A stretch of 62,297 nucleotides of DNA, counting the filler. It is 11 parts of 11 records of this genome, joined end to end, with 100 filler letters (N's around TTAATTAATTAA, not from the genome) between each part and the next. Parts side by side here need not be neighbours in the genome. Positions count along the whole stretch, not along the records: positions 9,858 to 14,300 come from SRR7504441_4719; positions 14,401 to 21,903 come from SRR7504441_4721; positions 22,004 to 28,076 come from SRR7504441_4722; 8 more parts are not named here. One strand, written 5' to 3'. Under the pieces are notes generated by a model. That model ran no database searches, had not been told where the DNA came from, and was given only the letters and a program-made list of their open reading frames with translations. The position numbers and the translations under genes are program-made. Below are positions 12,334 through 24,485 of the stretch, piece after piece; within the stretch, counting starts at the first letter, position 1; each line of letters starts with the position of its first letter.

Positions 12334-14300
12334 ATGGGGTTGACCGGCTGGCTGGTGTGGCTGGCCTGGTCGGCTCATTCGTTGGAGTTCGATTGGGCGG
12401 GCCGGCCGATCGGGATTGCACAGGACGCGACCGCGTACCCCCCGCCGTACTGGCGCTCAGACTGGGACCAGCCGGCCGAGTTTTGGCAGTCGGTAGACTA
12501 CAACTACTCCACCCCGTGGGTGCTCCAGAACCCGGACAGCTTGGCCGGGCCCAGCCCGCCGGCCCCGGGGCTGGTGGATCTGGCGGAGGACCAGCAGCTG
12601 ACCGGCTGGGTGATGCCCGGCCCCAACCAGCCGGTCTTCCGGATCCAGAACCTCTCGGCCTGCATGAAGGCACCCACCCGCCCCGCCGGCAGCTGAGCCC
12701 CGGGGCCAGCTCAACGTGACCGTGCTTTCGTACTTTAGGACGGACGATTATCACGCCAACGCCACCTTCGCCCCGGCGGTGCTGGCTGCTAGCGCCCAGG
12801 CCGGCCGCCCCAGCCGTTACGACCCGGGCTGGCGGTCCACCTACACTCCGGTGTATGGCGGGAACGCCACCGAAGTGCAGGGCCGGTCGGAGCTGGTGCT
12901 GCGCCCGGATGACGAAGGGTTCAGCCAGAGCTATTACGTAACTGTGATGTGCTCGCCGCTGGTGGGGCACGACACGCACAACGAATCGAGCTGCGCCTTC
13001 CCGGTCAGCTTCAGCATCCGTTACAGCACCGGCCCAACGGTCTTCCCCCAGTGGCGCCAGTACTCGCTCTATTCCAAGTCCAAACAAGTCAGCAAGGTCG
13101 GCCTCCTCCCGGGCTGCTCCGAGCCTGGCTGCAGGTGGTGGTGCCAGCGAGTTCGCGCCTCAACTCGCCCGACTTCACGCTTTCGTACTGGGTGGGTCCG
13201 GCCGGTGGGCCGGCTGAGGGCTGGCAGGTCCAGAATCTTGGCTGTGAGAGTCCTACGAGTGGCTGCTGGATGATCAGCCACTCAGACGGATCGTTCGAGA
13301 ACGGAATCATGTCCACTCCGACCAGTCTGTTCGTGTATCCGTGCGGCGAGGGCAACTCCAAGATCACCTTGCCCACCAACATCGAGCTACTTATCGGCGA
13401 GTGGAACCATCTGACCTGGACGTACGCCAGCTCAACTCTTAGTTTGTATCAGAACGGGATCCCCATGTTCGAGTGCGTGGCCGCCTTTGCCCGCCGGGGG
13501 GACTTGCTGTTCGGGAACAGCTTCCGTGGCAAGAAGGACTCGGCCCACGCGTACCTGGACGAGGTGCGGATGTGGAGCCGCGGGCTGGATGCCCCCGAGG
13601 TCCTCGCCAACTGGGACCAGTACCCAGCCGACCCGACAGAATTCGCGGGCTACTGGCGATTCAACGAGGTGCGCCGGCCGGGCTGCTGCCGGCTAAGCGG
13701 ACCGCAGGGCTCGGGGGATACGGTATATGACGCCTCAGGTAACCAGAACCACGGGACTGCGACCGATTATATTTCGACCGACTCGCTCTGGAACGCCGAG
13801 AATGTGCCGTTGCTCAAGGCCGAGAAGCCCACCTCGCTGATCGAGATGCTCAAGTTGAGCTGCATCCCGCCCGACCCGAACGCATTCACGCCTGAAGGCG
13901 AGCGGGAGGAGGGACCGCCCTGCGACTATGGCGACATCCGATGGTTCGCAATCTGCGTTGACCAACCCTCCTGGCTGCTTAATGTAACAGTCACAACTTA
14001 TTCTGGAGCGCACGGTACAGTGCTGGTGAGCAAAGCGCTCGGGCCTTCGACCAATCAGGGGCGGTGGCTGGAGCCAGCCTGGCGTGCGGATGAGAGCCTT
14101 CCGGCGGGTGGCGACAGGTGCCTCTGCCCAGTGCTGGCCCGCGAATGATGTGTAATATGCAGCAATCGGACCTCCAGTGTCTTCCTTTCGAGCGAGCTGG
14201 ACGCGGCCTACTCGGCTGGGATGCTGTATGTAGGGGTGTATGTGGATCCTGCCCTGCGCGGGGAGTTTGACGGGGATAGCGCCAGTTGGAGTAGTCTGAT
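12334..14300 (+). CDS. Secreted/surface protein with LamG (concanavalin-like) domain, 3' partial
   Basis: Signal peptide MGLTGWLVWLAWSAHS; GEWNHLTWTY..LYQNG..LDEVRMWSRGL..GYWRFNE|GSGDTVYDASGNQNHG; GC-AG intron 12670-12709. Confidence 0.75.
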
Positions 14301-14400
14301 NNNNNNNNNNNNNNNNNNNNNNNNNNNNNNNNNNNNNNNNNNNNTTAATTAATTAANNNNNNNNNNNNNNNNNNNNNNNNNNNNNNNNNNNNNNNNNNNN

Positions 14401-17400
14401 GGAGCTAGAGCGGCTGGCCGACGAGCTGGAAGCTACCAAAGAAGACAGGGAGAGGTTGGCTAGCGAGCTGGAAGCTACCACAGAAGAGAGCCGGTGGCTG
14501 GTTGGCGAGCTGGAGTCTGTGACTGAGGCAAAAGCGAGGCTGGCTACCGAACTCGGGGCTGTCACAGAAGAGAAGGAGAGGCTGGCTAGTGAGTTTGAAC
14601 GCCTAAAACATAACAAGGAGAGGATTGCGCGGGAGTTGGAGAACCGAACAGCAGATGTTGACAATCTACGAGCTTATATCGATCAGGTTGCCTGCCTGTA
14701 TGACAAAGCTTCACTGCAAGCGCAGATAATCGGCACAGCTAAGCAAGTGGAGCTGGAACTGTTAGAGCGAGTGTCTGGCGAGGAGTGGCTGCGAGCTGAG
14801 TGGAAGAGGGAGCGGAGCGAGTGGATGTCGAAGCTGGAGGACATGACACACGAGATGGACCAGTACAAGCTTGAGGTCATGACGCTAAAGGGTGCGCTGG
14901 CATGTCTTGAGGTGGAGAAGGCAAGCCAGGCTGGGTTTTCAAGATGGTACAGAGCAAGCGCAACGGCTAGGCGGCTAAAGGTGTCAAGAACCAATGAACT
15001 CAAAGACCAGCTGACAGCCTACGAGATGACCACGCTGGAGTCCAAGTTGAGTGACGCTGAAAGTCAGCTGAAGCAAGTTGGTGAGTTATTGCAAGCAACG
15101 GTAGGATCGGAAGACACTGATCAGATGCTAGTTGATCTTCAGGACAACTTGGATGCCTGGGGCATAGTCGCGGAGAAGGTTTCCCATCGAATGCTGCGGC
15201 TGGTGGGTGCCGCAGATCGAAGGGCGCGCAAGATGTGCTGGATGCAGCGGGCCAGTGCGTGTGTGCTGAGTTGGTATACGGCATGCCAAAGTTCATGGCA
15301 GCAGTTGATGACCATCGAAATTCACAAAACACAAACTAAGCTGACCGAGGCGGAGGCCAAGCTGAAAACTAGCGAGATACATGGACCTGCTGCGCACATC
15401 GGGCGCTGGCTCGGGCGACAGCGGGGCTCCAAAGACGAGAAGGTGGTCAAGTTGGAGGACAAACTGGAGGCAGCTAGCTGTCAGCATTCTGTAGAAGTCA
15501 GCAGACTCCAAGCAGAGCTACTAGCTGTTACATGCGATTCAGGCAGAGTGAGACAATCAACGGAGGAGGTATCTAAGATTGTGAACTTTGTGGAGCACAG
15601 ATCCAGCAGGATGCAGCGAGCGAACAGATGTGTGTTTAATTGGTACAGGGCCTGTGCATCTGCGGGGCAGCAACTGGTGATCAAGCGGCTAGCTGACGGG
15701 GAGGAGCTATTAGCATGCAAGGAATTGGAAGAGACAGAGTGCAGGCTACCTAGGGCCACCACACATGTCATAGGAGCCAGTCGAGGCTTAGATAAGCTCT
15801 CTTCTGCCAATTTCACGAGCGGGAGCCTCGTAGATAAGCTCCCTTCGACAACTTACAACCGCATGGAGGGTCAAGCTGTCCCTATGATTATTGCGAACGA
15901 GACCGCCGAATCTCGAGCGCATGAGGCTGTTCAGCGGGTAATGCGGCTTTGTGTCGAGCACCAGGAGCTTCAAGCCAAGTTTGTCCAGGAGAAACACACA
16001 AGCCAGCTGCGAAAGGAAGAGCTCGTCAGGGCCAAGACTCGAATGGCAGACCTACTTGAGATCGAGGCCAAACTGTGGGGCATAGAGAGCAGACTCGAGG
16101 AGGCCGACGTGCAACATGAAGCGGACCATCTCGTTGCATCACCACGCTCACCACGTCACGGTCGGGTCGTGTGCAGCTGCCGCGGTTTTCAGGGTACCTG
16201 TGGACAGTGCCACGTCGATGGGGTAAACTGCTTGTATTTGCCATTGGACCAGAGAGTCGTCTGCCGATGCTACAACTTCGAATCCTTCTGTGGCGGCCAG
16301 TTGGGCTGCAGCCAGGTGGACGGGACCACCGTCAAGGTGGTGATGGACAAGCGACGGGACGAGGATGGCTCCGGGCCTTTCACTCGAGCCGAGTTTATCG
16401 AGTGCTACGGCGAGGAGTATGGAGCGATCCGCTGGGACGAGCGCGACCCTGCTAAGCAGCAGCAGATCCCTGAAGCCGCTGCCGGTTCGTCCATGCTTTG
16501 GCAGGAGTTGCTGCAGCTGACTGAGGAGATGGCGAGCCATGCTATCGCTACGGCCACCGAAGTGGAGCGCGAGCTGGCAGGGCGAATGCCTGGCCTAGAT
16601 GTGCAGAAATGCAGGGAGCTCGATTTGATACTGCGAGGAGGGCACGAGTTTTGGGACGACAGCTCTGCATACAGCTCGTCGGTCTCGGGATCGGTCTCTC
16701 CCAACCCGGAGGTGCAACAGCTAGAGACGAAGCTCAAAGAGACCAGGCAAATGCTGAGGGACGCAGCCGCTCAACACGACGAGGATATTGCTGAGATTGA
16801 GGCTTTACAGATCACGGTTGCACACAAGGATCAACAGGTCGAAGACTGCAAAGCTATGATGCACGAGCTGAAACAATCTGCGTATCACTCGCCCAAGGCT
16901 GAGACCTCTGGGAGTGTCACCAGGCTTGCCAGCCGACCTGGAGCCTTTCCTGCGGCCATGAGGCGAGAGGCCAACTCCACAAGTTGGCTTGAGATGAGCC
17001 TGGCGCTCAAAACCGAGGAATGCGAGGCGCTGCAGAAGACAATCCGCACCCGAAGTGCCGCACCAGCACGCCAGAGGCAGGCAGCCCTCGAAGACTCGAA
17101 TCAGGTGCTGCAGGGCAGCTTGAATAAGGCCAACGAGACCGTGGCCGAGCTACAAGACCAACTTGGGGAGAAGACCGACGAGTGCGCAGAGCTAGAGACC
17201 CAACTAGAGCGCGAGCTGGAGCACTCTGCCTTGCTTGAACGTCAGCTGAACGAAACTCAGCAAGCAGAGGCCGAACTCAATGCTCGGCTATCAGCAGACG
17301 CCGTGGAGTTTCTGGAGGTATGCAATGACTTGGACACGAGCCGGCGGTCCCTCCGACAGGCACAGAATGATCTTTTGAACGAAGCCACCAAAGTGAATCA

Positions 17401-17650
17401 ATTGATGCAGCAGATCCAAGACGAGGCTGTCGAGTTCAACACGGTTTATGCTGAATTAGACGACAGCCGGCGGCAATCGAAAGCTCTTGTGCGGGAGCGG
17501 GAAGATTTTGAACGCGTGGTGATTGAATGCACGGACTTCCTAGCAGCCAAAGCTCGAGCGAGTGTGGCAGGTCTGCATGCGGCTCCACGCAGTGCTTCAC
17601 CGCTGACCGATGATCGACTCGAGTGGGCTCGAGTGGTGCTAACTCCTTGA
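14401..17650 (+). CDS. Long coiled-coil protein, 5' partial, with 14-aa repeats, a Cys-rich insert and an 'RRDxDGxxFTxxEFxxxYG' module
   Basis: Open frame of more than 1064 aa, E/L/K-rich heptads, RLAxELEATxEE repeats at the start. Confidence 0.75.
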
Positions 17651-17823
17651 TTAAATTGCCGATGTGCACGATATTTAGTTCGAACTCAAATAACTCGTAT
17701 GAAACCCACAATCTCACATGCACGCGTACATGCACATGCATGGAACTGCCTACTGGTACCGGATCAGTCCCGTTTTAATATCGTATGACATGAGTATTAC
17801 AAGAGTTGGCAACCAAGGGCGTT

Positions 17824-18825
17824 TCATAGCTTGGCCCGTGCACCTCGACATCGGCTAATAAAGTCAACCACCAGCGCCGCGAGCTGCTCGCCCCCGCCAT
17901 CTTGCGAGAAATGCCCAGCCCCGACCAGTGTGGCATGCGGCTGCCCTTTAGTCCCAGGACACTTGTCCCTCCACAGCTGATGCGCCGCTCCCAACACCGG
18001 GTCATTCTCCCCAAATGCCAGCAGCACAGGCTTAGTCCAATGCTCAAACACAGCCCAAAGCTGCCGGTTCGCATCCCCGCCCACCTGCTGCGGCCGGCCC
18101 GTCGGATCATCCGCCGGTGTGGGCACCAGCTCCGGAAACGCAAACGCACCCGCTGCGTACTCATCAGAAGGAAACGGTGCCTGGTAAGCCCGGAGCTCGG
18201 CTTCAGTGAGCCTGCCGCCGGCGCAGCTTGGGCCTCGGGCAGCCCTGCTGAAGAGCTTGCCGATCTTGCCTGGACCAGCCAGCCCGCCCTTATGTACGAA
18301 CTGTTTCCAGTCGTAAAACCCGTCCGCAATATACCCGGGGCCTTCAAACGCCTTGTCGCAAGTCGGGAGCACTGTGTTGCTAAGCACCAGCCGGGCGAAT
18401 CGCTCCGGGTTGCGGGCTGCCACCCGCAGCCCGATGATCCCACCCCAGTCCTGGAACACGGCGGTAAGGTTGCGCAGGTCGAGATGCCCAAACAGCAGAG
18501 CCTCGTTCCAGGCCAGGTGCTTATCGTAGCTGTAGTCGGCGCGCAGGCTGGGCTTATCGGACATGCCGAAGCCGACCTGGTCAAACATCACTACCCGGTG
18601 CCCGGCCGCCACCAGCGGGCCCACCAGCCGCCGGTTCAGGTAGGACCAAGCCGGCTCGCCGTGTGTGAGTAGCACCGTCTCCGGGGCGTCTGCAGGCCCG
18701 AGCACCCAGTAGGCCATCCGTACTGGCGCCGAGCCCGGCAGCGCCAGCGTGCAGTAGCTCGGCGGCCCCACGGTCCAGCCCGGCAACTCATCGAAGCACG
18801 ACTCGGGTGTGCGGAGCACTCTCAT
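17824..18825 (-). CDS. Haloalkane dehalogenase (alpha/beta hydrolase), intronless, with C-terminal PTS1 -AKL
   Basis: LRTPESCF, HGEPAWSYL, DQVGFGMSDKP, nucleophile QDWGG, AYQAPFP, catalytic GHFSQD. Confidence 0.93.
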   Translation of the reverse strand: MRVLRTPESCFDELPGWTVGPPSYCTLALPGSAPVRMAYWVLGPADAPETVLLTHGEPAWSYLNRRLVGPLVAAGHRVVMFDQVGFGMSDKPSLRADYSYDKHLAWNEALLFGHLDLRNLTAVFQDWGGIIGLRVAARNPERFARLVLSNTVLPTCDKAFEGPGYIADGFYDWKQFVHKGGLAGPGKIGKLFSRAARGPSCAGGRLTEAELRAYQAPFPSDEYAAGAFAFPELVPTPADDPTGRPQQVGGDANRQLWAVFEHWTKPVLLAFGENDPVLGAAHQLWRDKCPGTKGQPHATLVGAGHFSQDGGGEQLAALVVDFISRCRGARAKL

Positions 18826-18829
18826 CCTC

Positions 18830-18924
18830 GACCGGTACTCTGCAGGAGGTGCGCTGGTGCCTGGAGCGAAGTAACGAATTTTTGGCAGACTGCAGGCACC
18901 ACCAACTCCTGCAGAGTACCGGTC
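18830..18924. repeat. Inverted repeat / long hairpin
   Basis: GACCGGTACTCTGCAGGAG (18830-18848) is the exact reverse complement of 18906-18924; inner TGGTGCCTG pairs with CAGGCACCA. Confidence 0.95.
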
Positions 18925-19117
18925 TGTAATACAATAAACTAGCTTTTAGGTGGTTGTAATGCAATAAACGAAAATCATACGGACTTACGTCCGTTATGTA
19001 ACGAACTTTGTAGATTTATTAAAGACAAACTTTTTAGCATGCATGAATCCCGTGCTTTGAGCCCGGGTCAATATTGGCCAAGAGTAGACCAAGTGCAGTA
19101 CGGGGTTAAAACCAGAT

Positions 19118-20668
19118 CTAAGACCTAGGACTGAGCGCTGACAGGTGTACCTCTCGTTGCAGCGCGATCTGCCGCTCCATAAATCCGGCTTCACGCTCGA
19201 TTGCGGTGCTAGCAGCAAATTGGAATCTAGCGATTTCATCCTTGGCGGCTTGGAGCTCCCTCATCGCCTGCTCCTTCTCCACAATCGCCACCGCAGCCAT
19301 CTCCTGGGCGCCCTTCAAGTCCTTGTTGAAAGCTACTTCGGCCGCCACGAGCGACTGCTCGGCCGTCCTCAGCTTGGCTGCGAGAAGCTCCTTTGCGTCG
19401 TTCACAAGGTTGAGCTCGAACCGTGTTTTCTCGAGTGAGTCCTTGCCCTCAGCCAGCTCGATCATTGCGGCGTGGTTCTCTTGTAGCAGCGCCGTGTTCT
19501 CTTGCTTGGCAGCAGCTAAGTCGCCTGTCAGGTGAGCAATGTCTCTCTTGTCCTGCTCGGCCGCTTCGATCAGCTGCAGCTTGTGCGCCGCCAACGTCTC
19601 GCACTCCCGCTGCTTGGCAATCAACTCGGCTCTGAGCACCTCACATTCGCCTGCTAGCTTGGACAAGCTCTTCTCCACCTCAAGTTTCTCAGCTTCGACG
19701 AACTTCCGCGCCATAACCGCCGTCTGGGCGTCTTCTGTTAGCTTGCAATTGGCCGCCTGTAGCCCGGCCAGTTCCTCTCTGGCCGCTTGGAACTGTGCGT
19801 TGAGCTGCTCCGAGCTCGCCCTCAGTTCGGCCAGTTGAGTCTCGTATTGCTTCCGCTCGGCCAGGCTGCCGGTCTCCAGCAAGTCGATCCGCTGCACCAA
19901 CGCCTTGACCGCCTCTTGCGTCTCCCCAAACTCTTTGTACACCGCCAAAAGCTCTTGCCCGATTTTGGCAGCGTCAGCGCTGACCACCTGCAGCTGCTGT
20001 TCGGTTTTGGCTGCATGCGCCAGAGCTTCCTCCTTCTGCCGTCTCTCCACCTCCAGCTTGGCCTCGAGCGCCTCCTGGGCCCGGCGGGCATCGTCTGCTA
20101 ACTGATCCAGCTTGGTCTGAAGCGCGTCGCCGCGCTGTTTCTCCTCGTGCCCTTTTACGTAAACCTCCTTCAGATGCTGGTCTAGCATGGCCGCCTCCTG
20201 CGCCTTCACCTCCACCGCCCGCTGGGCCTCGCTCACCTGTCCGCGGAGCGCCATCCCGTCCGCCTCGGCCCGGTGGATCACTTCGCGCAGCGTGCCCTGC
20301 AGCTGCTGCAGCTCCTGCTCCTTTTGGCCGAGTTGCGCCAGACGTTGCTCGAGTCCGTTCGAGAACAGCTCTGCCTCGGCCCGCACCCGCCCGAACCCCG
20401 CTCCGCCGTACCCGTGAGGAGGCACTTCCGTCTCGGCCCGCCCGAATCCCATCCCGCCGTATCCGTGAGGAGGCGCTTCCGCCTCGGCCCGCCCGAATCC
20501 CATTCCGCCGTACCCGTGAGGTGGTGCCTCCCACGGCGGCGCCACGAAGAGGTCGTCCAAAGGCGCGTGCCGCCTGGGTGGTGGAAGCAGGCCGTCGGAT
20601 GCGGGCTTGGCGGGCGGCGGATCCTCCACGGTGTGCTCTGTATCGAACTGTTTGAGCCTCTCAGCCAT
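19118..20668 (-). CDS. Coiled-coil protein with three 17-aa PPHGYGGxGFGR repeats
   Basis: 516-aa ORF, heptad-rich; the exact 3' end may change with a terminal mini-intron. Confidence 0.8.
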   Translation of the reverse strand: MAERLKQFDTEHTVEDPPPAKPASDGLLPPPRRHAPLDDLFVAPPWEAPPHGYGGMGFGRAEAEAPPHGYGGMGFGRAETEVPPHGYGGAGFGRVRAEAELFSNGLEQRLAQLGQKEQELQQLQGTLREVIHRAEADGMALRGQVSEAQRAVEVKAQEAAMLDQHLKEVYVKGHEEKQRGDALQTKLDQLADDARRAQEALEAKLEVERRQKEEALAHAAKTEQQLQVVSADAAKIGQELLAVYKEFGETQEAVKALVQRIDLLETGSLAERKQYETQLAELRASSEQLNAQFQAAREELAGLQAANCKLTEDAQTAVMARKFVEAEKLEVEKSLSKLAGECEVLRAELIAKQRECETLAAHKLQLIEAAEQDKRDIAHLTGDLAAAKQENTALLQENHAAMIELAEGKDSLEKTRFELNLVNDAKELLAAKLRTAEQSLVAAEVAFNKDLKGAQEMAAVAIVEKEQAMRELQAAKDEIARFQFAASTAIEREAGFMERQIALQREVHLSALSPRS

Positions 20669-20746
20669 TGTGGCAATTCGTAACGGATGTTCTCAGCTTT
20701 TCCCGCGGGACCAAGGAGGACCTAGGCCAAGGAAGCGAGCACATCC

Positions 20747-21903
20747 ATGGCGGACGACATGAATCTGGACGACATTCTGGCCAGTGCGCCGCCCGCCCCC
20801 GAGGGCCGTGCTGAGCCCCAGCCCAGGCGCGCTCGACGACATGGACGAAGAGGAGGAGCCGCCCCCCAAGCCTAAGTTCACAGTCTCCGCCGCCCCGCCC
20901 CCAGTGCCGCTCCGCACCGGCCCAGCGCCCCAGCCGACCTCGGAGCCAGCCCCGCCGGAGGGCGCCGAGGAGGCGATGAAGGAGATCATGGTGCACCGGG
21001 AGCCGGCCGGGCTGCTCAGGGGTGGGCGCAGGCCGCATTCGCTGACCCAGAGAAACTGGCTGAGCTGATGAATGAAGCCGGGCTCAAGGCAGCCTGCCGG
21101 GAGGGGCTGGGCGAGCTGGGTGGCAGGACGACGACGGCAAGATGGGCGAGGATTTCAAAATGATCGTGGACGCACTGAACAAGCTGGACGCGGCTGAGCC
21201 CGCTGGGGGTGCCCCCGTGGGCGGGCGGGCGGGCTGCTGAGCGGGCCGGGCCAGCTGCGGCCCAGGGGGACGGGGAAGAGTCAGCGGATCCGAATATCGA
21301 GGCCACGTTGAAGGCGATGCAGTCAAATCTGGGGGATCTTGAATCCAAGATCGGGAGCGGGGGCGACCCAATGGCGGGGCTTAGCTCGCTGCTAGGTAGC
21401 GCGGTGGGCGGGCGGGCGGGCGGAGGGCGGGGCAGGGAACGTGTCGGAGGAGGAGATGGCGCAGATGCAGCAGCTGCTCCAGGGGGTGGAGGAGAACGGC
21501 GATCTGCAGGGGATGCTCGAGCAAATGATGTCCCAGATGCTCTCAGCAGACGTGCTGGGTGAACCTCTCAAGGAAATAGATGCCAAGGTGCGCCTTGCCC
21601 GAGCGCACTCACCGGGGACAGTACGCCGAGCTGCTCGCAGACGACGAGTACGGCGGGCACGATCGAGCCAAGTTTGAGGCTCAGCACGCAGCGGTGAGGC
21701 AAGTGCTAGAGGTATCACACTTGGGCCGGCCTGTGGCGGAGGCCGGCGGGACAGGAGCTGTCGAAAGGCTCCGAATCCAACCCGGAGCGGGTGGGCGAGC
21801 TGCTTCAAGCGGTGCAGGACCATGGCGAGCTGCCGGAGCCAGTGGCAGCAGCGATGGGCGCGAATAGCGAGGCGTTCAAGGGGCTAGGGCCTGGGCTGGA
21901 CAA
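20747..21903 (+). CDS. PEX19: Peroxin 19, 7 mini-introns, 3' partial
   Basis: Spliced: MADDMNLDDILASALDDM...MMSQMLSADVLGEPLKEIDAKYAELL...KFEAQHAAVRQVLE...ELLQAVQDHGELPE, matching the Pex19 N-terminal and C-terminal motifs. Confidence 0.88.
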
Positions 21904-22003
21904 NNNNNNNNNNNNNNNNNNNNNNNNNNNNNNNNNNNNNNNNNNNNTTAATTAATTAANNNNNNNNNNNNNNNNNNNNNNNNNNNNNNNNNNNNNNNNN
22001 NNN

Positions 22004-22622
22004 GGCCCGAGCCAGCCCCGAGCCAGGTGGTCTACTCCTCGACCGCCGTTATGGTCTGCGTGTACGGGGCTGTGGCCTCCGTCGGCTATTTGAGCTTTGG
22101 CCGGGTGCGCGTGGCCGAGACGTGTGCTGACTTGAACCTCAGGTGCTTTTAGAAGGAGGGAGTCCAATCACAAACGAGCTCGACGACGATTGGGTCAAGA
22201 CGGTTGTCAACGGATTCCTGTTCGTGCACGTGGTGATGGCGTACGCGATCTCGGGCAACGTGATGAACACGGCCATCTCGTCCTGGCTGGCACCCAAGTC
22301 GTTCTGGAAGGGCGAGGCGGCTATCAAGTTCCAGTGGCTGGCGGTTACGTTGCTCACAGTGTCGTTATCGTTCTTGATATCCAACCTGATTCCGTTCCTT
22401 TCGGATCTGATGGGGTTTGTGGGCGCCAGCTGTGGGATGTACACCACCTATATATTCCCCGGGACGTTTGGACTCAAATTGCTCGACTTGTCGCCGGCAC
22501 GACTGTGGGCGGTCAGGGCGGTGGTGCTGCTGGCGGTAGTGATCTCATGCGTCGGCATGTACGGTACATTGTCAGACATTGTCGATAACCTGGGCAACAG
22601 CTCCGGTGTGTTTGCTTGCTGA
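22004..22622 (+). CDS. Amino acid transporter (AAAP/Aa_trans family), 3' part
   Basis: Hydrophobic helices, VGYLSFG, LIPFLSDLMGFVGA..TYIFP. Confidence 0.85.
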
Positions 22623-22837
22623 TACGAGTAATAATCTTAGATCTACGGCGGCGGCGTGCTCGTGCGTTGTCGATTAAATACAATATTGATTGCCATTTCG
22701 TATTATAAATCGATTTTGGCGTGCAAAGAATTGATCTGTAAGTAGGTTACTGACATGGCGTCCTCCTCATACGACTCGCGGCGCTCCTAACGACCTGGAG
22801 CCCCGCCGGGTGCCAACGGGACTCGCGTAACAGCGCT

Positions 22838-23307
22838 CTACTTCTTCTTGCCGCCCTTCATCTTCATCTTCTTGCCGCCCTTCATCTTCTTGCCGCCATG
22901 GTACCCGCCGTGCATTCCCGGCTGCTGCGCGTACCCGGGTTGCCCGTACGACTGCTGCACCCTGTACAGATCCGCGTTCATCTGCTGCTGCATCTGCCCC
23001 GAGCTGCTCGCCGGGCCTGGGCCGGGGGAGTACCCCTTGGCAGGGCTGGAGCAACGGCTGACGGTTGGGGGTGCACATCGGGCAGAACAGCTGGCCCTGC
23101 GGCCCTTGGGTCATCACGTACTGCAGCCCGTCATTCCCCTGGACCACTTGCCCTTGGATGATCGTGTTGTACGCCGGGCCTGATCGCCCGATCGGACCGG
23201 GCCGGCGGGGCCAGGGTACCGGCGGTGGCGGTGTAGCGGGCGTTGTAGTTGGGCTGGGTCCTCCAGGCCACCCCCTGCTGATACACGACCGTGAACATCT
23301 GTGCCAT
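22838..23307 (-). CDS. Small hypothetical protein with SH3-like N-terminus, Q/G/Y-rich linker and GGKKMK tail; 2 introns
   Basis: MAQMFTVVYQQGVAWRTQPNY...YGQPGYAQQPGMHGGYHGGKKMKGGKKMKMKGGKKK*. Confidence 0.65.
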
Positions 23308-23361
23308 GGCAATCACTCTTCCGGAGGAGATGACGGTTGGCAACACCGACGCGTAACGGAA

Positions 23362-24485
23362 ATGCTGGTTGGGGCGCTGCTGAGCTCGGTTTCGTGCTGG
23401 GGGTGGTAGCCGCCAGCTCCCAGCCCGGTCTGCAAGCCATCGCGTTCCCAGCCGCGGAGCTCCAGCGGTACCGCAGCCCGGCCGTGGCCTCGGGCTACTT
23501 CCATGCCCGAATCCCGGCCGTAGTGCTGGCTGGACCGGTCCTGCTAGCCGTCGCGGAGTGCGCCCAGTGCCAGCCGGGCTGCGGCCAGTATGTTGGGTGG
23601 AGCGCCGACCTGTGCGCCAAACGGAGCGCCGACGGGGGCAGGAGCTGGCACAATTTCAGCGTGGTTGTGCCGGACGGCTCGCAACCGGATCTTGTGTTCG
23701 ACCGGGTCAAGGGGCAGGTGATACTCAACTTCAACCTGCACCGGACCGGCGACTGGCCGCACGGAGGGAAGAACATGCAGGTCGTTAGTACCGACTTTGG
23801 CGCCTCCTGGGGGATCCCCACTGAGCTCCCGGCCGCACTCGGGCTCCAGGCGGCCGAGTGCGGCCCGGGGATCGGACTGCAGCTCTCCCGAGGGCCGCAC
23901 GCCGGGCGGGTGCTGTTCAGCGGGTGGCGCGACCAGCGGGCGGGAGCGGCGCTTGGTGAGGCCGTTTGGTTCTCTGACGATCACGGCCGGAGCTTTCAAG
24001 CGGCGCCCTCGTTCCCTGGAGGCGGGGCCGAGGCGCAACTGGCCGAGAGCCGGAACGGGACCGTGGTGATTATGTTCCGGGTGAATCAGGGCGGCGCGCA
24101 GGCCAGTCGGGGCAGGCAGCTGGCCTACTCGGTTGACGGTGGCGCCAGCTTCAGCGAGCCTATGTTTAATTCTGACCTCCGGAGCACGCCGTGCCAAGGC
24201 TCGATCCTCGGCTCGAGAGAGAATGGGCGGGTGTATTACAGCAGCCCATCGGACTTGGTGGAGCGGAAGCTGGGACTGGTTCGATCTAGCCCCGATGGGC
24301 TTGACTGGAGCAACCATACAGCGTTTCCGTTGACCAAGGGCGAGCAAGGGTTTGGATATTCGAGCCTGACCGAGCTGCCGCAGCCGGGGGTGCTCGGGGT
24401 GCTGTGGGAGAAGCAAGTTGTGGGCACGCACCAACCGACAGACTTGGCATTCTCTTTCGTGCCTCTGAGTTTGGAAACGGCATGA
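23362..24485 (+). CDS. Secreted sialidase-like (BNR/Asp-box, GH33-like) protein
   Basis: ARIP motif; Asp boxes SADGGRSW, STDFGASW, SDDHGRSF, SVDGGASF; GPGIGLQL; YSSL; the start at 23362 needs a 35-nt intron. Confidence 0.88.

Noticed and set aside
17824-21903. Peroxisomal gene cluster (PTS1 dehalogenase near PEX19)
   Set aside because: Only two genes, separated by an unrelated coiled-coil gene; chance is sufficient
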